Shown here: in pieces, positions 29,092-37,387 of the stretch
How the letters are laid out: every line of letters starts with the position of its first letter
How positions within the stretch are numbered: position 1 is the stretch's first letter
Notes under the pieces: model-generated
Seen by the model: only the letters and a program-made list of their open reading frames with translations
Told to the model about the DNA's origin: nothing
Databases searched by the model: none
Assembly (NCBI GenBank): GCA_046759465.1
Contig: JBHICH010000006.1
Span: 1-54,272 of the forward strand
Direction: 5' to 3'
Source: Nitrososphaerales archaeon
GTDB taxonomy: Archaea; Thermoproteota; Nitrososphaeria; Nitrososphaerales; UBA213
DNA: 54,272 bases
Translations under genes and position numbers: made by a program

Positions 29092-29904
29092 TTACTGCTT
29101 TTTCGCCCAGACCCTAAAGGTAAGTGCATAGAGAAGAGGAAAGTCCTGTCTTTTTGTATACTTCCGCAATTCCTTGCACATCTTCTGAAATTGAATTCTA
29201 GACATGATTCTATTTTTCAAAAGATTTTCTTTGAGTATCTCTGCCATTAGAATACTAATCTTGTTGACAGAAATGTCATTCATTGGAACACAAACAAAGT
29301 AAGCACCAACACTTGGATTCAATCCAACCTTTGCGAAAAATTTGTACAGATCCCTAGCTATGAACGGATCTGAACCTGCAAGTTGTGCAAGTTTGATATA
29401 TGATTGTGTCAGACGCTCTACATCTGGGTCATATGGATATGACAGCCAAGAGCCATGAACGAATTCCTCCGTCGCTACAATTCCACCTTTACGAGTTATC
29501 CTCAACATCTCTTTCAACGCTCTTTGAGGATCTGTTAGATGCTGAAACAAGAATCGTGAGAACACAAAATCGAAGGAGGAATCTTTAAACTTCGTATCAT
29601 AAACACCCGCAAGAACAAACTTTACATTATTGATACCTTTTCTAGCAACCCTTCTTTTACAGATTCTTATGCGCTCTTGGTTTACGTCTAAACCAATAAC
29701 TTCGCCGCTTTTGCCAACGAGATAACCAAGCAACAGACTAGTGGTACCTGTTCCACATCCGAGATCAAGGCATCGCATTCCTTTTTTAATACCAGCGAGC
29801 CTCAGTGTTTGCAAGGTTTCTTTTTCGAAAATTCTAGCCTGAATGTCTAATCTCTTGACTTCTTGATTAGTGCTTCCCAAGACGTAATTCATTTTGGCAG
29901 ACAT
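29092..29904 (-). CDS. Class I SAM-dependent methyltransferase
   Basis: CLDLGCGTG, GLD, SFDFVFSRFLFQHL, LR..RKGG. Confidence 0.92.
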   Translation of the reverse strand: MSAKMNYVLGSTNQEVKRLDIQARIFEKETLQTLRLAGIKKGMRCLDLGCGTGTTSLLLGYLVGKSGEVIGLDVNQERIRICKRRVARKGINNVKFVLAGVYDTKFKDSSFDFVFSRFLFQHLTDPQRALKEMLRITRKGGIVATEEFVHGSWLSYPYDPDVERLTQSYIKLAQLAGSDPFIARDLYKFFAKVGLNPSVGAYFVCVPMNDISVNKISILMAEILKENLLKNRIMSRIQFQKMCKELRKYTKRQDFPLLYALTFRVWAKKQ

Positions 29905-29977
29905 ATCACTGCTTATATTATGCGGATAATTAAATTAAATTTCGTTTTCTTTCTCACACTACACGTCATCTTTCGTC

Positions 29978-30511
29978 TTACAACTTTTTGGCAGATTCTA
30001 AATTAGACAGCAGTTCGTTAATGGAACTGCGTAATTCAGACAACTTCATATTTTGAAACTTAGATAGTTTATTCGCTTCCCTTTCAGCAAGATTCTGGTG
30101 AGTGTATATTGGTGCTGTATAAAACCTCAATATCTGTTCATTGATGGAATTTGACTCTCTAAGTAGAAGGTAAACATCAGCTATTTCAGTTTGTAATGTC
30201 TCTGACAACAGGCTAAAATTCCCTGAATTTACAGCACTGTCATGTGCTGGCGTCGATACTGTCAGGTAGCTACCTTTGAATTGTTGTGTTGAACTATCCC
30301 ATTTCATCTCAACAGGATTCGTAGGGTCATTTATTACTCTTTGCGCAACTTTTAACTCTTCTATTAATGAATCTATAGTGTGCTTCGTGGTATGTTTAAT
30401 TTCTTCTTCTTTCTTTCTTCTGTCCCACCACATAGCAGCTCCTAGGCCTAACGCCGCGCCTGCTATAGTTGCAACAAAATGGACAATAAAATCTTCAATT
30501 ATCGTTGACAT
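29978..30511 (-). CDS. Hypothetical protein with N-terminal TM anchor
   Basis: FVATIAGAALGLGAAMWW followed by RRKK; TTTATAAA about 25 nt upstream of ATG 30511. Confidence 0.65.
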   Translation of the reverse strand: MSTIIEDFIVHFVATIAGAALGLGAAMWWDRRKKEEEIKHTTKHTIDSLIEELKVAQRVINDPTNPVEMKWDSSTQQFKGSYLTVSTPAHDSAVNSGNFSLLSETLQTEIADVYLLLRESNSINEQILRFYTAPIYTHQNLAEREANKLSKFQNMKLSELRSSINELLSNLESAKKL

Positions 30512-30732
30512 AATACGGACAATCGATGGGTGTTTATAAATTTCTATACTGGGCTCCACGATACGCATCATTCAGCTACCTCTTCTTACGCATAATCACC
30601 CGTTCTGTACTACATGGACTGCACCAGAAATGACTGGGCTTACCCTTCCTAGCTAGCTCAGGCATGCTAGTCAGATTATCGAGAAAATATTGGCTCAGAT
30701 TCATTCACTTTTTTAGGCTTCAAAAAGTAACT

Positions 30733-30957
30733 TTAGGAAGTGTTCTTTTTCTTTAGGAACTCTTCCATTCGTTCATCTATTAATTCTGGCAGCTTATCTC
30801 GCAATAAATCATCTGCTATCTTACTAGCTTCCTCTCTAATCTTCCTATCAGTATATGTCTTGTACGTTCTCAGTTTTTCGACTTCATCACTAAGTGCTTG
30901 TATCTGCATATCCTTGCGTTCCTGCTCTTCCACATCTAGCAGCGTAAAGAATGTCAA
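30733..30957 (-). pseudogene. Coiled-coil fragment, possibly the C-terminal remnant of a larger (integrase-like) gene
   Basis: Charged heptad-like sequence; frame stays open upstream to about 31000 with no good start; at the island edge. Confidence 0.3.
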
Positions 30958-30961
30958 TGCA

Positions 30962-30977
30962 GAATATGTTATGCCAA
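30962..30977 (-). repeat. Boundary motif copy 3 (reverse complement TTGGCATAACATATTC)
   Basis: 14/16 identical to copy 1; at the right edge of the island. Confidence 0.6.
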
Positions 30978-31042
30978 AATATGAACCTCTAAAACCATAA
31001 CAAGTGCATACGGTTTATTTAAAACTGAAGCTAGTCTTATGT

Positions 31043-31579
31043 ATGAGCGGCGATTCTGGCTTGGTAATTGTTTATACTGGTAGGGGAAAGGGAAAGACAA
31101 CGGCAGCTCTTGGAATGGCTTTACGTGCAGTAGGACATGGCTTCAAGGTAGTAATGATCCAGTTCATCAAGGGTTCATGGTTTTATGGCGAATTAAATAG
31201 TTCCGCAAAATTGCAACCTGATTTCGAGTTAGTAGTTGCTGGAAAAGGATTCGTTGGTATAGTTGATGATAACAAACCAGTAGAGGATCATGTTAAAGCT
31301 GCACAAGAAGCATTGCAAGTAAGCAGGGAAAAACTTGCATCAGGAAAATACGATATAATTATTCTGGACGAAATAAACTACGCTGTAGATCTTAAGCTAA
31401 TTACTGTTGATGATGTTTTGGAATTGATTAAGATCAAACCAAAAAAAATGACACTTGTCTTGACTGGAAACTATGCAAAAGAGAAAGTAATTGAAGCTGC
31501 TGATCTTGTGACTGAAATGAAAGAGATCAAACATCCTTACAGTAAGGGAAAGAAGGCAAAGAAAGGAGTGGATTTCTAA
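31043..31579 (+). CDS. cobO: Cob(I)alamin adenosyltransferase (CobO/BtuR)
   Basis: YTGRGKGKTTAALG, QFIKG, ILDEINYA, ADLVTEM..IKHPY. Confidence 0.96.
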   Translation: MSGDSGLVIVYTGRGKGKTTAALGMALRAVGHGFKVVMIQFIKGSWFYGELNSSAKLQPDFELVVAGKGFVGIVDDNKPVEDHVKAAQEALQVSREKLASGKYDIIILDEINYAVDLKLITVDDVLELIKIKPKKMTLVLTGNYAKEKVIEAADLVTEMKEIKHPYSKGKKAKKGVDF

Positions 31580-31621
31580 TTAGCAAGGTTAAAGTATGCC
31601 ATTTGCACGCACATAGTAATT

Positions 31622-32425
31622 ATGACTACAGAAATGCAAGAGTTGCCAGAACGGGGAGACATTGTAATTGCAACAATCAAGGAGGTTATGTCTCATGGTG
31701 CCTATGTAACTCTTGATGAGTATGTTAATTTGACAGGGTTTTTACACATTTCCGAGATTGCAACCGGGTGGATAAGAAATATTGAACGTTATGTAAAGCC
31801 TAAACAGAAGGCTGTTCTCAAGGTAATCAGGGTAAACAAGACTAGAGTAGAGGTCGACCTCTCGTTAAAGCAGGTAACCGGAGAAGAGAAGAAGGAAAAA
31901 CTGATGCAGGTCAAGAAAGATGAAAAGGCAAAAGCGTTCATGGAACTCATCAAAGAAAAATACAAACTATCTGACGAACAGGTGAAAAAGCATACCGAAG
32001 TTTTAGAAGAAAGATTTCCTGTTCTTTACGATGTTTTCGAAACAGTCGCTAAGAAGGGCATTAAGGCAATTGAAGATATAGATCTTCCAAAAGAAATCAT
32101 TGCTGCGATAGAAGAGGCTAGCAGCAAGATAGCAGTTCCCAGTGTAGAAGTCAGAGGTATAATGGAGATAACTTGTAGAAAGCCAAATGGTATAGATGTG
32201 ATCAAAAAAACCTTGATGAATGTTGAAGAAAATAAAGATGGTTGGGGCATAAGCATCGCTTACATAGGTGCGCCAAAATATAGATTGATGTTAACTGCCG
32301 AAAATTTCAAGGTAGCAGAAAAAGCTTTGAACGCAGCTCTGCAGAAGATAGAGGAAGGTGTACAGAAGAATGGTGGTACCTTCAAATTTGTTAGAGAAGA
32401 ATCGAAGAAAGGCGTCAGATCTTGA
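31622..32425 (+). CDS. eif2a: Translation initiation factor aIF2 alpha
   Basis: LPERGDIV, S1 domain HISEIATGW, VDLSLK, YIGAPKYR. Confidence 0.97.
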   Translation: MTTEMQELPERGDIVIATIKEVMSHGAYVTLDEYVNLTGFLHISEIATGWIRNIERYVKPKQKAVLKVIRVNKTRVEVDLSLKQVTGEEKKEKLMQVKKDEKAKAFMELIKEKYKLSDEQVKKHTEVLEERFPVLYDVFETVAKKGIKAIEDIDLPKEIIAAIEEASSKIAVPSVEVRGIMEITCRKPNGIDVIKKTLMNVEENKDGWGISIAYIGAPKYRLMLTAENFKVAEKALNAALQKIEEGVQKNGGTFKFVREESKKGVRS

Positions 32426-32592
32426 AGCCCTTACTTAGAAAATGTACAGTTTGTAATCTGTACACATTGAAGAAGGCGTGCCCAAAGTGTGGTTCGCAAA
32501 CTTACAATCCTCACCCAGCAAAGTTTTCCCCTGATGATAAATATGCCAGATACAGAACAATTGATAGATACAAGGAAATGCCTAGCTCTTAA
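32422..32592 (+). CDS. nop10: H/ACA RNP protein Nop10 (not in ORF track)
   Basis: MKPLLRKCTVCNLYTLKKACPKCGSQTYNPHPAKFSPDDKYARYR; typical position after aIF2alpha. Confidence 0.95.
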   Translation: MKPLLRKCTVCNLYTLKKACPKCGSQTYNPHPAKFSPDDKYARYRTIDRYKEMPSS

Positions 32593-35308
32593 TCATGTAG
32601 GCTTTTTCGATTATCACATCTATTACTGGAATATTTCTTTCATCTCTTGGTAGCATCACTATATCATCCACTAAATCCATACCCTCAACGACCTTTCCAA
32701 AGATTGTATATTTGCCATCCAAATGTGGTGCATCCTTAACAACAATGAAGAACTGTGAACCAGCAAGGTTGGGATCCCCTGGATGGGCCATGGAAACAAT
32801 GCCTCTAGCATGTGTCATACTGCTTATCTCTGCTGGAATTGTGTATCCAGGTCCGCCTGTTCCCCATGTTGATCTAGGTTCTGTCTTTGTGTTTGGGTCT
32901 CCTCCCTGTATGACAAAGTTTGGTTCTATTCTATGGATCTTTATGCCGTTATAGAATCCAGAGTCTATAAGTCTCTTGAAGTTCTCGACTGTCTTTGGAG
33001 CTATATCTGGCAATAGCTCTATTATTATATTATCAGATGGAGATCCTCGAACGCTAATCTGAAGTGTTGCATATTCTTTTAGAGGGTCTAATCGCGTTAC
33101 GATCTCCCTTTCAGCTTTTTCTACTGGCTTGATCTGTTCTTCCAATACTTCATAAACTAGGGCAGCAAACATCAACCGTTCATCATCGTTCACGAAACTT
33201 GGTGACGCATGAAGTAATCTAAGCGGTTCACTGCCATCTGTTGAATATTTTATCTGCTTCACATACACTGGCACATACCCAGATCTATATTCTGGTTGCA
33301 GATCTGTTGGTCTTCCCTGCTCATCCAACTGAACATACGCAGCTGGTTCGAATGGGAACAACTTGCCAAGCAAGGTATCGTTCCAAAATAGTGGTGTTGG
33401 TGTGAATCCGTCATCCTCAAGATACTTATTCTCATCAACTCCTGCAATTCTCATGAACCAATGCTTTTTACTCTCATCACCGCCTCCACCGAGCACATAA
33501 AAAGTGGAACCATCTGGTAGTTGTGCTCTTTGACCAACTACATACACAAGAACGTAATCAGCATCTAGATCCTTGAGTATATTTAGCCCTGTCTGCTCAT
33601 CAGAAACAAGCACTTTAGCTATCTGCTCGATTCTAGTTGAGTTTATTGTGGCATTATCTGCCAAACTTATTCTATCTCCAAGTGTTGTTATCCAGTAACC
33701 GTAGTCCCACCAGGAAGCAATTATGGCGTCTGGCTCTGTGTTATTCTTGATCCAATCCATAGTTTCTGTCCAGTCATCTGTTGATACTCTAAATCCTGTA
33801 GCGCCATTAGCGATACTTGGAGGAATATCAGCACTGGATAACCAGCTTCCATCTGGAGGGTAGAACATTGGCAAGGCTAACATCGTAATCATAATCGCTG
33901 TGTATGCAATTCTAAAGTCCTTACCAAATGTTGGTTTAATCTTGACCTTCTTTTTTGGATGTGTAGGTGGTGCTGTCCTAGCATATATTGATGTTGTAAT
34001 TTCAAATAATGCTATTGCTGCAAGCGTAATTATTGCTATTGAAGAGTAGACCATCAGTCTTGAAACTGATGCGCTGACATAGATTGCTGTTATTCCAAGT
34101 ATAAGGGCAAATATCGTCATATCGTTTCTATTTCTAAAGCAAAGTCTTACACCATAGCCAGCAAGTAAAATGAGTATCGAGTAATTTATGAAATAATCAA
34201 CAATCGTGGGTGTGAAGTGTTCAGCAACAGACTCTATCAGTGGAATCTCACTCTTGCTGAAGGGGCTGATTACTGCTATGTATCTAAAGCTCGGAGGAAC
34301 ATATGATCCTGCTGCAACAAATGACACGCCACCGATAATAAATGCGCCTAACCAAGCAAGAGTATTTCTTAACTGATGCATTGAAGCGCTGTAACGCCGT
34401 ACCAAGTGCGCAACTATAAGGAAGATTGCGGGAGCTATCAATGCTAAGCCTGCCAGTGACACCGCAAATGTCTCTCCAGGCCTTGGAAATGATGATGCTA
34501 CTGCCACTGTTAAAATGGTAAATATTGTTACAGCGTACATTGCTGATTTTGTATCCTTTCTAAAGAATGGCAATGATATGAAGAATAATCCTAACAATAA
34601 AATGAAGTATTGAACTCCTCCCCATGCGGTCATGGCAAAGCCAAGTATCAGTCCTCCTGCCGCGGCTTTAGCTAGCCCAAACTGCACTTCTCTATCGTTT
34701 AATGCAGACAGAGTACCTGTAGTGAGAAATTTTCCATCGCTATGCTTTAGTGCACTCAGTAAAAGATAGATTGCAAGTAAAGCAAGAAAAAGGCCCAATG
34801 GCTCGGACTTGAACCACCCCAAATTACCTCTTTGTATTATTGCAGGAGAAACCGCAAAAAAAAGAGCCGCAAATAAGCCAGCTGTTGTATTTGATATCAC
34901 TCTAACAAAAGCGAACATTACAATTGCTGTAAATGAGCCAAAGACAACTGGGAACCATACTACAAAATCATAGAGTGGTGCTCCTGCACCAAATGCCTTG
35001 TAGAGGTACGCTGCGGAAAGATGCAATCCTGTTTGAGAAGTTTCCGCAACTGGTCTTCCTTCTGGGTACCATGACCTCGTATCATGCCATGCAAAGTATT
35101 CTGATACACCATTTTCAACTAAAAATTGTGTAGCCCTGTAGTCAAAATATGGATCAAATTCATTAAGATATAATCCATATTGCAATGGAAGAGAGCGCAT
35201 CATAAATCCTGTAGCAAATGCTAACGCCAATACTGCAATTACTAGCATATGTTTTCTCGTGAACTTGAAACCTAGAAAGTCTAGTTTTATCGGCTGATCT
35301 GGTTCCAT
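32582..35308 (-). CDS. aglB: Oligosaccharyltransferase AglB (STT3) fused to a C-terminal cyclophilin-type PPIase
   Basis: EFDPYF, SVAEH, WWDYG, DNAT; C-terminal PKTVENF..FY....HRI..NFVIQGGDP..SMA..GSQFFI..HLDGKYTIFGKV. Confidence 0.92.
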   Translation of the reverse strand: MEPDQPIKLDFLGFKFTRKHMLVIAVLALAFATGFMMRSLPLQYGLYLNEFDPYFDYRATQFLVENGVSEYFAWHDTRSWYPEGRPVAETSQTGLHLSAAYLYKAFGAGAPLYDFVVWFPVVFGSFTAIVMFAFVRVISNTTAGLFAALFFAVSPAIIQRGNLGWFKSEPLGLFLALLAIYLLLSALKHSDGKFLTTGTLSALNDREVQFGLAKAAAGGLILGFAMTAWGGVQYFILLLGLFFISLPFFRKDTKSAMYAVTIFTILTVAVASSFPRPGETFAVSLAGLALIAPAIFLIVAHLVRRYSASMHQLRNTLAWLGAFIIGGVSFVAAGSYVPPSFRYIAVISPFSKSEIPLIESVAEHFTPTIVDYFINYSILILLAGYGVRLCFRNRNDMTIFALILGITAIYVSASVSRLMVYSSIAIITLAAIALFEITTSIYARTAPPTHPKKKVKIKPTFGKDFRIAYTAIMITMLALPMFYPPDGSWLSSADIPPSIANGATGFRVSTDDWTETMDWIKNNTEPDAIIASWWDYGYWITTLGDRISLADNATINSTRIEQIAKVLVSDEQTGLNILKDLDADYVLVYVVGQRAQLPDGSTFYVLGGGGDESKKHWFMRIAGVDENKYLEDDGFTPTPLFWNDTLLGKLFPFEPAAYVQLDEQGRPTDLQPEYRSGYVPVYVKQIKYSTDGSEPLRLLHASPSFVNDDERLMFAALVYEVLEEQIKPVEKAEREIVTRLDPLKEYATLQISVRGSPSDNIIIELLPDIAPKTVENFKRLIDSGFYNGIKIHRIEPNFVIQGGDPNTKTEPRSTWGTGGPGYTIPAEISSMTHARGIVSMAHPGDPNLAGSQFFIVVKDAPHLDGKYTIFGKVVEGMDLVDDIVMLPRDERNIPVIDVIIEKAYMIKS

Positions 35309-35345
35309 AACTTGTGAAATCTTCCTAATCTATGGCTATTTTAAG

Positions 35346-36128
35346 TTATAGTTTCAAGAAGTTTGAAATTGTGTTGTTGAATTCGTTTGGCTCTTCCATC
35401 ATAACAAAATGTCCGCAATTATGCATTAACTTTAAGATTAATTTTGTATTGTCAGCAAGTATATTCATCATCTCCATAAAAACCAGATCTAGATCGCCCA
35501 CTATTCCAAACATAGGACATCGCAAATACTTTAGTTTTTCAGTTATATTTGGCATCGTTGTCAGCGCCTCTGATGTTTTGATGTAACCCCATACCGATGT
35601 CTCTCTGTAGAGTTGCTTAAAATGCTCCCACAAGCTTGGAACATTTGCAACTTTAGGTGGTATCTGATTGTTTGCCCTTCTGTACTCTGCCAGTACCTCC
35701 ATACCTTTAGTTTTTGCAATTTCACGCATCAGACTATAACTAGCAAGCTTGTCACTCGTCAATGCTTGGCTAGCACCAGCAACTATTATGAGTGAACTAA
35801 GCATCGCTTCATGCCTCAATGCCAACAGTGGTGCAATCATTCCACCAATCGAGTGCCCTATGACAGAGCACCTCTCAATACCAAGCTTCTTCAGCAACAA
35901 GTAAAGATCTTGTGCAAGATCTTCAAGGCTAAATCCTTCTTTTGGCTCAGAAGATTTACCATGACCCCTAAGATCATATGCTATTACCTTGTACTTTTTT
36001 GCAAAGTAAGAAATTTGATTGTACCAACTCTTTGTATTGCCAGCCAAGTGATGTATCAGCACAATTGGACTTCCGTTTCCGTAAACATTGTAATACGTAT
36101 CAAGTCCCGCTAGATTTACAATTGGCAT
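35346..36128 (-). CDS. Alpha/beta-fold hydrolase
   Basis: YDLRGHGKS, GHSIGG nucleophile elbow, GDLD, CGHF. Confidence 0.92.
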   Translation of the reverse strand: MPIVNLAGLDTYYNVYGNGSPIVLIHHLAGNTKSWYNQISYFAKKYKVIAYDLRGHGKSSEPKEGFSLEDLAQDLYLLLKKLGIERCSVIGHSIGGMIAPLLALRHEAMLSSLIIVAGASQALTSDKLASYSLMREIAKTKGMEVLAEYRRANNQIPPKVANVPSLWEHFKQLYRETSVWGYIKTSEALTTMPNITEKLKYLRCPMFGIVGDLDLVFMEMMNILADNTKLILKLMHNCGHFVMMEEPNEFNNTISNFLKL

Positions 36129-36194
36129 ACAGAAAGTAAGGTGGTTCAGACTAAAAATTTGTCGGAACTATCTTACAGTATTAGAAGATTTATG

Positions 36195-36245
36195 TTATCG
36201 TTTCCTTGTTGCCTTTTTGCTCTTCTTTGATTTCTTTTTCGCCAT
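36195..36245 (-). CDS. 16-aa Lys/Arg-rich peptide MAKKKSKKSKKATRKR (not in ORF track)
   Basis: GAGGT just upstream of ATG and CTTAAATA about 30 nt upstream; fills an otherwise empty intergenic gap. Confidence 0.5.
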   Translation of the reverse strand: MAKKKSKKSKKATRKR

Positions 36246-36302
36246 CTCTTAACCTCTGCAACAGACCGTATTTAAGGTTTGTTAATTGCAGAAAATATCT
36301 TT

Positions 36303-36959
36303 TTACTCTTTGGTTAAAATTTTGACATCGCAATCCTTAGCCATTTCCTTGAACTTTTTTGCATCTTTTTCGCTGCCAACAATTGCGCCATAATGCATTG
36401 GAACTGCTATCTTTGGTTTTATCATGTTAACCGCCTGAGCAGCTTCTTCTGCCGTCATAACATAGGTTCCGCTTACCGGCAACAAAGCTATTTCTGCTTT
36501 TATTGTGCTCATTTCAGGTATCGCGTCTGTGTCACCAGCGTGATAAATGCGCACGTTGTTAATAGTTACAATAAATCCAAGCTTGCTGTCTTCTTTTGGA
36601 TGAAACGGTTTTCCTGTTCCAGGGTTGATCTTGTTTGTGTTGTACGCAGGTACAGCCTCAATAGCAATACCCTGCACATTTACTTTATCTCCAGGTTTGA
36701 CTACTACTACATCCTTCACTTTTACCTTCTTTACCTCGCTTGAGCACTGTGAGGTTGTTACAACACTTGTATCGCTGCTCGCTACCTTCTTGATATCATC
36801 TAGGCTAAGATGGTCGAAGTGCTCGTGTGATATGAGTAGCACATCAGCTTTACCTTCAGCTTTTAACTGGTATGGATCTATATAGATAGTCTTTCCGTTG
36901 CCTATCCTGAACGAATCGTGCCCTAACCACCCTAACTTGACTCCACTGTATTCTAACAT
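36303..36959 (-). CDS. MBL-fold metallo-hydrolase
   Basis: WLGHDSF, SHEHFDH, YHAGDT, PMHYG. Confidence 0.92.
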   Translation of the reverse strand: MLEYSGVKLGWLGHDSFRIGNGKTIYIDPYQLKAEGKADVLLISHEHFDHLSLDDIKKVASSDTSVVTTSQCSSEVKKVKVKDVVVVKPGDKVNVQGIAIEAVPAYNTNKINPGTGKPFHPKEDSKLGFIVTINNVRIYHAGDTDAIPEMSTIKAEIALLPVSGTYVMTAEEAAQAVNMIKPKIAVPMHYGAIVGSEKDAKKFKEMAKDCDVKILTKE

Positions 36960-37015
36960 ATCATAACCTACAAAAAACTGAAAATTAAGCTTTTTGAGTG
37001 AGTTTTATATTGAGA

Positions 37016-37387
37016 TCAGACATAAATCAGTTTATCATTTGTGAGCGTGATAACAGTTATGCCATTACTTTTAAGCTTATTTCTTAAAGCATCGTCTATT
37101 GTAGCAACCAAACATTTCTGCTTTGACGCATAGTCAATTATTGCTTCATCGGCACTTGTGCCTTGAAACTGAATTGTTTTGAACTTATTTGCTAGTTCCA
37201 GAGCTTGTCTTGCTGCTTTGGATCGTTTAACCTCTGCAGTTCTTAATAATTCACCAAGTTCCTTGATTACCAAACTTGGAACAACAAAATCGATCTTACC
37301 AATTTCATTTTCCAATTCATCAAACTTTTTCAGAGGTTTGGTTGCAAGAACGATAAGAAAGCTTGTATCGCAGATAACTTCAACCAA
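37016..37387 (-). CDS. PIN-domain protein (Fcf1/Utp24-like)
   Basis: CDTSFL, VIKEL, ADEAI, VATID; directly downstream of aIF2gamma. Confidence 0.88.
   Translation of the reverse strand: MVEVICDTSFLIVLATKPLKKFDELENEIGKIDFVVPSLVIKELGELLRTAEVKRSKAARQALELANKFKTIQFQGTSADEAIIDYASKQKCLVATIDDALRNKLKSNGITVITLTNDKLIYV

Larger units (their letters stand above)
23352..31024. mobile_element. Putative genomic island between cbiA and cobO (no intact integrase seen)
   Basis: Non-cobalamin genes split two outward-facing cob genes; imperfect direct repeat TACGGTTT(TT)ATTTA(T/A)AA at 23352 and 31009; repeated boundary motifs inside. Confidence 0.55.

Noticed and set aside
30576-30704. 42-aa ORF MNLSQYFLDN...FWCSPCSTERVIMRKKR (minus strand)
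   Set aside because: Only one CxxC and no clear SD; possibly a decayed Zn-finger gene but not supportable.
24658-30974. GCATAAC / GTTATGC read as integron attC core sites
   Set aside because: The cores are kilobases apart rather than forming short hairpins, and no integron integrase is present. Kept only as generic boundary motifs.
23491-31002. CCATAACA inverted match near both island ends as terminal inverted repeats
   Set aside because: Only 8 contiguous bp in AT-rich DNA; cannot be distinguished from chance.
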